Below are positions 42,396-52,800 of a stretch of 64,000 nt of DNA, piece by piece (position 1 is the stretch's first letter; the number at the start of each line of letters is the position of its first letter). This DNA comes from a virus. The DNA is taken from positions 1 through 64,000 of the IMG/VR virus record IMGVR_UViG_3300034417_000014; one strand, written 5' to 3'. The translations under genes and the position numbers were made by a program. The notes beneath the pieces are model-generated. The model saw only the letters and a list, made by a program, of their open reading frames with translations, did not search any database and was not told the DNA's origin.

Positions 42396-44297
42396 TTATT
42401 TCTGTTTGGCTTCTAGTGCTGACAACCTTGCGTCAATTTCTTTTAAGGCTTCAACAATTAATCCAACCATGTTACCGTATGCAACTGACTTGATTCCGTC
42501 TTCATTTTCATGAACGGCTTCAGGCAACACTTTCTCAACATCTTGGGCGATCAAGCCTGTGCCGCGTGTATTAATGTCTGTACGTGTAAATGTTGCTCCA
42601 ATTAATTGCTTAACTTTATCAACAGCGTCTGTAATTTGAACAATATCTGTTTTAAGGCTTCTGTCAGAGAACGCAGTTACGTCACCACGGGCCCAAAAGT
42701 TTCCAGAAACATCAGTAGAAATTCTAACCCCAACTGAGGTATCGTATAAGCCTACTGCTCCAGCTGGCTGTCCATAAAAATACACTGTCCTGCCTGACAT
42801 GTTCCAGCCAAGATCCAGTTCGCCACCCGCAGCATTAAAGAACAGCGAGCCTTGCATTGTGTCGCCTGACTTTCTAACAAACGCTGACGAATCTAATCCA
42901 TCTAACAAGTCTGCGTCAAGTCCAGAACCAGATCCATCAGAACTTAAAATCTTGGACATAATGTCACCAGCACTATATGAGCTTGCTGGTAAGAAATATG
43001 AACTATCTCTGCCGTCTAACAAGTCTGCGTCAAGTCCAGAACCAGATCCCATATATCCCGAATGCCAAACAACTCTTGCTGCACCAGGATAGTTATATGT
43101 GAGCTGTGAGCCATTGCCAACTAACTGTAATGGTTGTGATGCAACACCAACATACACTCCACCGGAAGAACCAATGTCTAATACAGTTTCATAAGCAGAC
43201 GACTGGTTTAGCAAGTTAATCGCTTGAGCATTTAATACACCGCCAGCAGATAATGTTATTGCACCCGTGCTAAGATTCACGTTCATTAACGATCGTGCGC
43301 CGCCGCCACGGTATGAGCTGACCAACGACAATGTCTCGCCAGCAATACCAAACTGCGCAGTGTTGTTCAATGCATCTGTAAATCTAACAACAGGTGTTGT
43401 GCCAGTACCATTTGAAACAATTAAGTCTTGCCCTTTAGCATAATACTTCGTCGCAAGAGTTGATCCAGCTTCAAATATATTTTGTACATACAAGCTCTTA
43501 TATTCATTAGCAGCAGAACCCAAGTCATACGTTATGTCTGTTGTTGGAATTAAGTTCTTGTTAATAGTAATGTTGTTTCCACTTACTGACGACAATGCGT
43601 TTGTGTTGGTAGTTGTTGCAGTAATTGCAGTAAATGGTGCAGCAGCTTTACCAAGAGAAACAGTACCTGACGGAACTATACCAACAGCATCCGATTGAAG
43701 GATTGCTGTACCTAAAGTAAGTTGTCCAGATATAGTTGAATTTTGAGAGTACACATTTGACCAAGCATTACTTGTTCGTCCAAGTGTCTGACTAGCAGTT
43801 AATGGATAAAATGCTCCGCCAGTAATTGTTGCATCGCCCGTAACAGCAAGTGCAATTGTGCCGTCTACGTTTGGACTTTCAATTGTAAATATGCCGTGAG
43901 TTGCATATAAGTAGTGCCATCTCTTGAGAGATGATCCTAAATCAACTGATGCATCTATAGCTGGAATAACAGGAGTGGATACGTTTTGTAAAGATCCACC
44001 AACAGGTTGCCAACCAATAAATGACTCTGATGTGATGTCGTTGGCATCAACGGGATCAGCACCTTGGTATTGCATTAGTCTATCGTCGTTTGTGTTATAC
44101 CAAAGTTGACCTTTAATTGCGCCACGTGGAGGAGTTCCAGATGCGAAATTCTCCAGCAAACGTAAAGAATCCTGTGCAGCATATGCACCATAATTTTTTA
44201 CGTTTCGACCACGCAACGACAAACTATATGTTTGATCGAGCGTTAAATCTGGAACCGCATGTGTTGCTCCGGAAGATCTTTGAATATTATATGTCAT
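42396..44297 (-). CDS. Tail fibre with C-terminal intramolecular chaperone (peptidase S74)
   Basis: LLENFAS...GQLWY N-terminus; GSGLDADLLDG repeats; SDRSLKTDI...GLIAQDVEKVLPEAV. Confidence 0.88.
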   Translation of the reverse strand: MTYNIQRSSGATHAVPDLTLDQTYSLSLRGRNVKNYGAYAAQDSLRLLENFASGTPPRGAIKGQLWYNTNDDRLMQYQGADPVDANDITSESFIGWQPVGGSLQNVSTPVIPAIDASVDLGSSLKRWHYLYATHGIFTIESPNVDGTIALAVTGDATITGGAFYPLTASQTLGRTSNAWSNVYSQNSTISGQLTLGTAILQSDAVGIVPSGTVSLGKAAAPFTAITATTTNTNALSSVSGNNITINKNLIPTTDITYDLGSAANEYKSLYVQNIFEAGSTLATKYYAKGQDLIVSNGTGTTPVVRFTDALNNTAQFGIAGETLSLVSSYRGGGARSLMNVNLSTGAITLSAGGVLNAQAINLLNQSSAYETVLDIGSSGGVYVGVASQPLQLVGNGSQLTYNYPGAARVVWHSGYMGSGSGLDADLLDGRDSSYFLPASSYSAGDIMSKILSSDGSGSGLDADLLDGLDSSAFVRKSGDTMQGSLFFNAAGGELDLGWNMSGRTVYFYGQPAGAVGLYDTSVGVRISTDVSGNFWARGDVTAFSDRSLKTDIVQITDAVDKVKQLIGATFTRTDINTRGTGLIAQDVEKVLPEAVHENEDGIKSVAYGNMVGLIVEALKEIDARLSALEAKQK

Positions 44298-44731
44298 TTG
44301 TTATCCTGTAGAAAATCTGGTTTCTCTGGTAGTTGCACATCTGGGAAACCTGGCTCGTTTGTGATGTTTCTTAATTCTTTTCTGTATGATTGCAAGTCTG
44401 CAAACTGTGTTGCTGACAAAGTTGTTTTTGCCTTTTCTTCTTTTTCATCCCGGTGCCTAGCAACTAAGCCATCAGTTTTTGCTAATAAAATGTCTCTCTG
44501 ATCTCTTAACACCACTGCTTTCATTTCAGTAGGTAACACAGCTTCTTTTCTGCCATCTACTAGCACTGCTTCGCCGTCAACAATACTTAATCTTTTATCT
44601 TTAGATATTGCTACAATTGCTTCTTGATGAAACTCTTCTGTGATCTCAACTGCGTCGTCAGGCATCTTGTCAACTGGCGTTATCGCGTCAAGATAAAATC
44701 CGTATTGTTCTTCGCTAAAATAGATTTTCAT
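44294..44731 (-). CDS. Tail fibre assembly chaperone
   Basis: YFS....GFY...P.DAVEI; YRKELRNI...GFP..LPEKP. Confidence 0.82.
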   Translation of the reverse strand: MKIYFSEEQYGFYLDAITPVDKMPDDAVEITEEFHQEAIVAISKDKRLSIVDGEAVLVDGRKEAVLPTEMKAVVLRDQRDILLAKTDGLVARHRDEKEEKAKTTLSATQFADLQSYRKELRNITNEPGFPDVQLPEKPDFLQDNK

Positions 44732-46650
44732 TAATTGTATCTTCCTATTGCAAACCAGTCGTATGTCGTGTATGTGTTGCCGTTGCCGTTAGATATGGCA
44801 AAGTTAGTACCTGTGTGGTACAGTATTCGAATAAAGTTACCTTCGTTACTATAGTTTTCTCTGTTTGTTAACTGTATGCTATACACCGCAGTAAATGTCC
44901 CATTAAATGGTACTGTCTGGTTGTTCGGTCCTGCTGCCAGGTTGTAGTTTCCCCATTGCATCATCAACCCGCTCGAGAACAAAAGTATTCCATTTTGGGA
45001 GATTGAAGAATAGCCGCCACCGCTCCACCAATTAACTAACGAGTCGACATAGTCTTTGTTTGTTGCATCTCCAGCGGAAGACGGTTGTCCGAGACCGTTG
45101 ATCTGAAGCCCCGACATATTTAACGAGCCGGTCATTGTGTCGCCAGTTTTACTTACTTTTGAGTTCAGTGATCCTGACATTCCAGCAACAGCAGAGTCAA
45201 CGTATTGCTTCGGAGCTGCATGTAATCCTGCTGATGGGTTTGCGTTTAGTGTTAGGTACCCACCCATAGTATCGCCAGATGTGTTAATATATCTAGCATC
45301 TAGATCACCTAAATGATATCCATCAACAGTATCTGCGTCAAGGCCGGAACCATGCCCCATCAGGCCGGAGTGCCAAACAGTTTTTAATCCTGCACCATAA
45401 TCATATCCCAGTGCTGGCACGTTCCCAAGTATCACTGACGATCTCGACCCAATACCAAAATACACTTTTCCATCTGGCGCAATTTGTACAACTACTTCGC
45501 CCGCTGCATTTGTGTTTGGCTTTAGTCTTAATTTGTTCGTTATTACATCACCATAAGTAACTAAGTCGTTCGAATTAATATCTATGTAAAGCAGCGGCTT
45601 AGCTACTCCACCACGATAAGAACCTACTATTCTTGCTGCTTCTCCAGCAACATCAAAGTACGCTAATGTGTTGTTCACATTGTCTTTTGCGATAAATTGA
45701 GGCGAGTCTGAATTGGGTGGACTTGCTTGAAGAACAATATCTCCGGAAAACGTTGTCGATGGCTGACCTGCTTGAATATATTTAGTTGATAACGGAACAC
45801 CGTTTTCTACAAAATTATTTGCATATACGTTGTTAAATTTCTTAGCAGAAGAACCTAAGTCAAATGTTATATTGGTCGATGGAACTAAATTACTTGTTAG
45901 TCCACCAGAACCAACAAACAGAGAAGCAGCGTCCACGCTATTGACATACAACGATGCAAACCGCTGTGCGTTTTTACCAAGATTAACAATTCCATCTGGA
46001 AGGATTGTGTTAGGAACAAATGCGTCCGATGTAAGAGAAACGGGATTGGTATTTGCACCCAGTGTTAATAAATTAGTAACCTTTGCAGTGTTTACCCAGA
46101 CTTCGTTCCACGTCTTATCTGTTTTTCCTAAATTTATTGCATCAGGGTTAGTTGGGTAAAATGTTCCTGCAGCAATTGTTGCGTCGCCAGTTACTTGAAG
46201 TGCAATTGTCCCATCAGTATTTGGGTCTGAGGATGAATTAAATATGCCGTGTACACCATAAATTCTATGGAACCGTTTTGTTGCACTACCTATGTTTTTT
46301 GTTGCATCAGTAGATGGCAACAAGTCTGAAGTGATATTAGTAAAATCACTACCAACTGCTTGCCAATGAGTTAATGCAACACTATTGTTGTCATTCGGTC
46401 CAACTGGGTCTGCCCCGATGTATTGCATCAATACATTGTTTGCACTATTGAACCAAAGCTGGCCTTTAATTGCTCCTCTAGGAGGAACAGTGTTGGAAAA
46501 GTTTTCCAAATGTCTCAAATTGTCTTGCGCTACAGACTGGCCGAAGTTAGTGGAATCTCTTCCAAGCAGGGCGGCAGTGTATGTATAATCAATAACTAAG
46601 TCATTGACTACATGCGCAGTTCCATTTGATTTTGTAATATTATACGGCAT
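44731..46650 (-). CDS. Tail fibre protein
   Basis: HLENFS...GQLWF; GDTM repeats; gp53-like C-terminus GLMMQWG...WFAIG. Confidence 0.85.
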   Translation of the reverse strand: MPYNITKSNGTAHVVNDLVIDYTYTAALLGRDSTNFGQSVAQDNLRHLENFSNTVPPRGAIKGQLWFNSANNVLMQYIGADPVGPNDNNSVALTHWQAVGSDFTNITSDLLPSTDATKNIGSATKRFHRIYGVHGIFNSSSDPNTDGTIALQVTGDATIAAGTFYPTNPDAINLGKTDKTWNEVWVNTAKVTNLLTLGANTNPVSLTSDAFVPNTILPDGIVNLGKNAQRFASLYVNSVDAASLFVGSGGLTSNLVPSTNITFDLGSSAKKFNNVYANNFVENGVPLSTKYIQAGQPSTTFSGDIVLQASPPNSDSPQFIAKDNVNNTLAYFDVAGEAARIVGSYRGGVAKPLLYIDINSNDLVTYGDVITNKLRLKPNTNAAGEVVVQIAPDGKVYFGIGSRSSVILGNVPALGYDYGAGLKTVWHSGLMGHGSGLDADTVDGYHLGDLDARYINTSGDTMGGYLTLNANPSAGLHAAPKQYVDSAVAGMSGSLNSKVSKTGDTMTGSLNMSGLQINGLGQPSSAGDATNKDYVDSLVNWWSGGGYSSISQNGILLFSSGLMMQWGNYNLAAGPNNQTVPFNGTFTAVYSIQLTNRENYSNEGNFIRILYHTGTNFAISNGNGNTYTTYDWFAIGRYN

Positions 46651-46658
46651 GTATTATC

Positions 46659-47075
46659 CTATAAAAAATCTGGTTTTGCAGGCAAGTCTACGTTTGGAAA
46701 ATCCTTATCATCAGTAATGTCTCGCAAGTCTTTTCGATATTGCAATAATATTTTAAACTGAGCTTCAGTTAATGTAGTTTTTTCCTTCATGTCTTTCTGA
46801 TCACGGTGTCTTGCAACTGCGCCGTCTGTTTGTTCTAATAATTTTTTCCTGGCAGCTTTTATGTCAGATTCTTTAAGATAAGAGTCGGAAAATTTTGGAA
46901 TTTCTACCAATACTGGCAAAGCGCCAACTCTGTGCTTCAAATCAAAACCAGCCTGTTTCTTTATCGTAAAACTTTCCCACTGTGCCTCTGAGATGCTAAT
47001 TGCATCCTCTGGAATGACAACATGGATGTCTGAGTGATAAAAACCTCTTGTGGATGGTGCGTAAAAGTATGTCAT
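46659..47075 (-). CDS. Tail fibre assembly chaperone
   Basis: Paralogue of 44294..44731. Confidence 0.82.
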   Translation of the reverse strand: MTYFYAPSTRGFYHSDIHVVIPEDAISISEAQWESFTIKKQAGFDLKHRVGALPVLVEIPKFSDSYLKESDIKAARKKLLEQTDGAVARHRDQKDMKEKTTLTEAQFKILLQYRKDLRDITDDKDFPNVDLPAKPDFL

Positions 47076-47078
47076 ATT

Positions 47079-49010
47079 TTAATATCCTATTGCCATCCAC
47101 ATAAAGCCGTTGTATGAACCGCCGCTGTCGTAAGTGTGATATAGTTGTGTATAAAATCCTGTTGCAGACGGCATAGCAGTGTTTGACCCAATACATGCGT
47201 TAGTGTCTTGCACTCGAAACAACAATGTTATGTTAAGTGATAGTGTTTGCGAAGTGAATGCGTAAGGATAAGATGTATACACTACTTGCTCTCCACTTCT
47301 GACGTTAGTGTCTTTTCCCCACTGCATAATAAGTCCGTTGCCGAATCGTATATACCCGTTGCCACCGGAAGGTGCTGCAATGTCTACAACGCCCCATCCT
47401 TTTGAATCAACATAATTTTTATTTGCTGAGTCGTATGGGCCAGCTGGGTTTGCCATGTTTGCAATCCCATAGCCACCCATGTTTAATGCGCCGGACATTG
47501 TGTCGCCTGATCTGTTTACTTTGGAATTTCCAATACCAGCAATAAGTGCATCTAGATATTGTTTCGGTACTGCATGTAAATTATCAGATGGGTTTGCATT
47601 TATTAGTGTTAGGAATCCAGACATTGTGTCGCCAGTAATGTTCACATACCTGTTATCTAAATCGCTCAGGTGGTTACCATCAACAGTATCAGCATCAAGC
47701 CCGCTGCCGGAGCCCATATTTCCTGTGTGCCAAATTGTTTTTAATCCTGCACCGTAATCATAATTCAGAGCAGATGCATTGCCGTTTATAACAGTTGATC
47801 TAGTAGTATTACCAAAATACACTCTTCCATCGCCAGCAATCTGTGCAACAGTTTCATTTGTGAGTGAAGGAGTTCTTAATCTTAGTTTCCCTGCAATTAT
47901 ATCACCACTTGCAACATTCGCATCACCAGAGTTAACTTCAACAAAAAACAGTGTCTTATCAGATGTTGCACCTCGATAAGTTCCCATAATTCTTGCCGCT
48001 TCGCCAGCAATATCATAATACACCCTTGTGTTATTTACGTTGTCTCTTAAGACTAATTGCGGGGAGTCTGAATTTGGCGGTGTCGCCTGGAGAATAATAT
48101 CACCAGTAAAAGTCGTTGCTGCGAGGCCAGCCTGGATATATTTTGTAGATAAAGGAACTCCATTTTCTACAAAACCGTTTGCATACACATTGTTAAATTT
48201 CTTAGCAGAAGAACCTAAATCATATGCAAGGTTTGTTGATGGAATTAAATTACTTGTTAGTCCACCTGAGCCAACAAACAAAGACGTAGTGTCTAAATTT
48301 GTTGCAAACACTGATGCAAATCGCTGTGCGTTTTTACCAAGATTAACAGTTCCATCTGGAAGTATTGTGTTAGGAGAAAATGCGTCTGATGTAAGAGACA
48401 CAGGGTTAGTGTTAGCTCCCAGCGTTAATAAATTAGTAACTTTTGCAGTGTTTACCCAAAGTTCATTCCAAACTTTATCTGTTTTTCCGAGGTTCAATGC
48501 ATCTGTATTTGTTGGATAAAACGTTCCGCTAGTCAGAGTTGCATCACCAGTTACTTGAAGCGCAATCGAGCCGTCCGTGTTAGGATCTGACATCGAATTA
48601 AATATGCCATGCACGCCGTAAATTTTATGGAAACGCTTTGTTGCGCTACCTATATTTTTTGTTGCGTCTGTTGCAGGCAATAAATCTGAAGTAATGTTAG
48701 TAAAATCACTACCAACTGCTTGCCAGTGTGTTACAGAAGCACTTGAGTTATCGTTCGGTCCAGTAGGATCATTTCCAATATATTGCATTAACACATTGTT
48801 TGCACTATTAAACCAAAGTTGGCCTTTAATTGCTCCTCTGGGAGGAGTGATATTGGAGAAATTTTCCAAGTGGCGCAAAGCGTCTTGGGCCACTGCTTGT
48901 CCAAAATTAGTAGAGTCCCGGCCAAGTAGAGCAGCAGTGTATGTATAATCAATAACTAAGTCATTGACTACATGCGCAGTTCCATTTGATTTTGTAATAT
49001 TATATGGCAT
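47079..49010 (-). CDS. Tail fibre protein
   Basis: N-terminal ~290 aa nearly identical to 44731..46650; C-terminus NGYIRFGNGLIMQWG...WMAIGY. Confidence 0.85.
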   Translation of the reverse strand: MPYNITKSNGTAHVVNDLVIDYTYTAALLGRDSTNFGQAVAQDALRHLENFSNITPPRGAIKGQLWFNSANNVLMQYIGNDPTGPNDNSSASVTHWQAVGSDFTNITSDLLPATDATKNIGSATKRFHKIYGVHGIFNSMSDPNTDGSIALQVTGDATLTSGTFYPTNTDALNLGKTDKVWNELWVNTAKVTNLLTLGANTNPVSLTSDAFSPNTILPDGTVNLGKNAQRFASVFATNLDTTSLFVGSGGLTSNLIPSTNLAYDLGSSAKKFNNVYANGFVENGVPLSTKYIQAGLAATTFTGDIILQATPPNSDSPQLVLRDNVNNTRVYYDIAGEAARIMGTYRGATSDKTLFFVEVNSGDANVASGDIIAGKLRLRTPSLTNETVAQIAGDGRVYFGNTTRSTVINGNASALNYDYGAGLKTIWHTGNMGSGSGLDADTVDGNHLSDLDNRYVNITGDTMSGFLTLINANPSDNLHAVPKQYLDALIAGIGNSKVNRSGDTMSGALNMGGYGIANMANPAGPYDSANKNYVDSKGWGVVDIAAPSGGNGYIRFGNGLIMQWGKDTNVRSGEQVVYTSYPYAFTSQTLSLNITLLFRVQDTNACIGSNTAMPSATGFYTQLYHTYDSGGSYNGFMWMAIGY

Positions 49011-49017
49011 GACTTCC

Positions 49018-49644
49018 TTAGCTCAATTGGATTCTAATAGTGTAATCAATTTCTAAAATTCTATTTGCCGACTTCTGTATTGGGTGGAAAATTACATGCG
49101 TTATCATCAGTACATCTGAGCTATTTGTTAAGCTACCTACAATGCCAGCTGGGCCAGTGTACAGTGCAATCTCATCAAATACAGCCGAGCCGTTTGCTGT
49201 AGAAGTATTGCCTTCAATTTCCACGTTAGCTGCTCGGTCAATACTGTCTTGTACTAAGCCAGTCTCGATGAAATCCAATGTAACAGTTGTTTTAATATCT
49301 GTGAAGTTTGAACTTCCGATAATTGGAACAACAGTATTCCCAGGGGATTGGTTAATCTCCTTCTTGTAGGTCTCATTATATAGAGAGGAACTAGGATCTC
49401 GGAACAAAGACACTTGCGGTTCACGATACAAAATTTCACCATTTTGTGAAATCCTAGTACCCCCGTTTCCAAATGCCATGTAACGAATGTGTCCATTCTC
49501 TAGCCCAGACAATGCTTGAGCAATAGACGATGCTAAATTACCAAAGTGAATGGCATTTGTAACATCTCTCAATACTTCGCCAGTTTCCTTGTCTCTAATT
49601 TTGACAAGTCCGACTACTGTGTAATTTGCATCTTCCCCAAACAT
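49018..49644 (-). CDS. Virion structural (baseplate/tail) protein
   Basis: NAIHF, MAFGNGG, FDEI.L and THVIFHPIQKS.NR motifs typical of jumbo-phage tail modules. Confidence 0.72.
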   Translation of the reverse strand: MFGEDANYTVVGLVKIRDKETGEVLRDVTNAIHFGNLASSIAQALSGLENGHIRYMAFGNGGTRISQNGEILYREPQVSLFRDPSSSLYNETYKKEINQSPGNTVVPIIGSSNFTDIKTTVTLDFIETGLVQDSIDRAANVEIEGNTSTANGSAVFDEIALYTGPAGIVGSLTNSSDVLMITHVIFHPIQKSANRILEIDYTIRIQLS

Positions 49645-49646
49645 TG

Positions 49647-49778
49647 TTATCCTCTTTTATTCAATAAAATTTTGTCTTCGCCTTTTACACGAATAAGTAT
49701 ATGGGCTTCAGCGTGGACAGTAACTTGCTCGTCCACGCATTCCTCTTTTTTGTTTGTTTCTGTGTTATTTTCTTCCAT
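49647..49778 (-). CDS. 43-aa protein (not in track)
   Basis: MEENN...HAEAHILIRVKGEDKILLNKRG, preceded by GATAAATA (49784-49791). Confidence 0.55.
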   Translation of the reverse strand: MEENNTETNKKEECVDEQVTVHAEAHILIRVKGEDKILLNKRG

Positions 49779-49817
49779 ATCCATATTTATCACAAAAATT
49801 AACCACTGTTTTAAATG

Positions 49818-52800
49818 TTAGACATTTACTCCAGTTCCTGGTCTGTCTCTTAAAAATTCAGCTTGTTGTGTAGTAGACATCGCTAAACCGCCAATTGAAT
49901 TTTCCCAGAATGGAACATCTGCATTTGGAACAAACTGTAAATTATCACCAGATGTAACTTTTTTACCTATTGGATATGTAGTGTTTGCAGTTCCGTTTGG
50001 ATTTCTAGTTGCCGCAATACTTGTTCCGCCAGTGTGTCTAAGAACACCTTTTAATATATCTTTAGTGTATTCAACAGGTATCTCTTGTGTAGGATCAGTT
50101 GGGTTTGTTTCATATCTAATTACAGATGCGTCGTATTGTATTGCAACATATGTAATTCTTTCTCCACCAATCCACACAACTCCTGGATGTCCCATTGTTG
50201 GTTTCGGCAACAATGACGCATCCTCAACACAAATCTCCTGCGAGTCTTCTTCCAATTTTAAGAACAAGTATGTAGAATCCTCGTCACCAATTCTAGTAAA
50301 TGTTTTTGTGTCTTGTTCAGTAAGGTGCATTTTGAAACTTACTGGAGACAACTCATACTCTACAAGAATTTTTTGAGACATATTTGGATCCGAATCTTGC
50401 ACTTGCATGTGATGCTGTGCGTTAAATATCACCATATTTGAATTGTTAAATATTTTAGTGAACTCAGGTGTGTCATAATTTACATCCATTGTCTGGCCTG
50501 CGCCCAACGGTGTTGCTAATACAATCGCTGTAGTTTTATTAGGATACACTGCAAGAGTATATTCTACACCAAAGGTATACGTCGTTAATTTCCCATTGAC
50601 GAATATGCTTATTATGGAATCAGGCACAATGGCAACTGTTGTTAAGAACGTAGTTTCTGATCCATCGCCAACGAATGAATCCTGTGTTGCCATAGGAGTT
50701 TTTGGATAAAACCCTTGCATATACCCGCGATATCTATTCTTCAACGAAGTTCTTTCATAAGAAGGATTCGTTTGCGCTGCCAAATATGTTAATGTTGGCG
50801 TAACAACATAATCCCCTCCAGTGCCAGTATCTTTATTTTGGAATATAAAATTAGACACGCCTGTAGTAGTATCGTTCACAACATAAATGCGAACATCTGA
50901 CAAGCTGGATGGCAATAAGTATTTGCTCTTGTGTTCTTCTGGGGTTCCGCTGTAGTATGGAAAAATTAACCCAACATCGTTGTCATCCATCCCAGTATAG
51001 TTATCCCATTCTTCTCCGTCCCAGCCCGCTTCGTCATCAACAACTGCTATTGGTTTGCCGTCAACGAATACTACTTGATTAGTAGTGTTTCCGTCATAAT
51101 GTCTCGCATCGTCAGCACCGTAATATTGTCTTAGTGCGCCAATTCTATAAGATACAACAATTGTTGAATCATCAACAGGCACTTCTACAAACGAAAGTAC
51201 ATATTTTCCATCGGCCGACACATTTAAAATCCACTGTGTTGTGCCAGTTGCATCTTTTTGTGGAATCACAACACCGTCCACAGTAACATGGTCAAGTGAC
51301 ACACCTTGTCCCAAATTTTGCACTAGTACAAATTCAAATTTGACACCATCACCAAAGAAAGACTCATTTATTTTTCTTCCATTTGTGTCCACAGTTACAA
51401 CTACGTTTTCGGAAGTTCTGTAAACTGCAAGTTCATCGGTCATGCCAATATCGCTTGGAGTAGGAACAAATACACTTCCGTCTAATACATCATTTTCTAA
51501 CTGAACTTCAAAGTTGTGATCAGTAGTGTAGTGATATTTTATTAACACCGTGTTTCCATATGCAGGTGTAGTTGCTAGAGTAACGTATGTGTACCCTGGT
51601 CTTACAGAAGTTGTTGTGCTGACTGCTGCGCCATTGATAGTTGCAGAATCTACTTCGATCACATCATTGAATCTGTAAGTTGATGTTTCTCCATTAGCAA
51701 TATTTGTAAAGTCTAAGATTGTTTCTGGACCAACAGATGTCACAATGCGAGGAGTTACAATTCTTCTGTCCCATCCTGCAGATGACCATGGCTCTGTATC
51801 CCAACCAATAGAAGACAAATACTCAAACCGCTCAGCATCAATAATTTTTCCGCCGAACATTGCATTGTACTCTACTGAATACTCATAATTAAATGTTTGC
51901 AAATCCGCTAACTCTGCAACTGTTGCAGAATTTATTCCTTGTACTGTTGCGTATGAGGAATAGTTTATTGTGTTGCCTGTCGGGGCAAACGATAGCAAGT
52001 TAGTTGTGAGGTCAGTCCTAATGTGCAAATAGCTGTTTGCTGCACCAGAGTACACTGTAAACTGAGTAACTTTCTCAGGATCTGAAATTATAGATACGCC
52101 AGGAACATTCCAGCCGTACGTGTCCCAAGGTGAGCCGCCCCATCCTGTTTTTGGTGTTCCAGTATGTGCCAAGTCAATATCATAATTAACCACTTTAATA
52201 TCAGCAGGGTTTGTAATCTTCATATTTACTGAAGTAAATCTTTGCCCTGTTGAATTATATTGCAATCTCATTTCTTCAAGTGCAGTGTGGGTAAAATTAA
52301 CACCGGACACAACAGTGATGTTGTTAGACCCGAACGGCGGAATAACATCGAATATCACAATCAATTTTCCAGTTGTGGCATCTTCGTCAGTGTAATATTC
52401 ATCTCTATCTAATAGACGACCGTTAACATATGCTTTCCACACACTAGTGATGTCATCAAATACAAACGAATTATTTACTCCGTCTCCAGATTTTGTCTCA
52501 TCACCAAAGTAAACAAACATGCTCTTATCTACAAAGCCTGGCTGAACACTATCGCGTATCACGTATGTGCTGTAATATCTTGGGACATCTTTAGGCGGAT
52601 ATGCAGGATTCAATACTGCATGTGTATATCCATCGGAATCAGTTGTGTATGCTAACGAGTCCATATCCCATGCTGTGCCAGTTGCATAATCTATCGGCAA
52701 CGAGTATGAAACACTGTAGTCTCTAATTTTAGTCTGATATGGTTTAACTTCGTTAACATAGCTAATGAAGTCGCCAAACGAGTCTGGGGAATAATTTCTA

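Noticed and set aside
42396-49010. Diversity-generating retroelement or invertase acting on the tail fibres
   Set aside because: No reverse transcriptase, recombinase, adenine-specific TR/VR pair or inverted cassette in the window.
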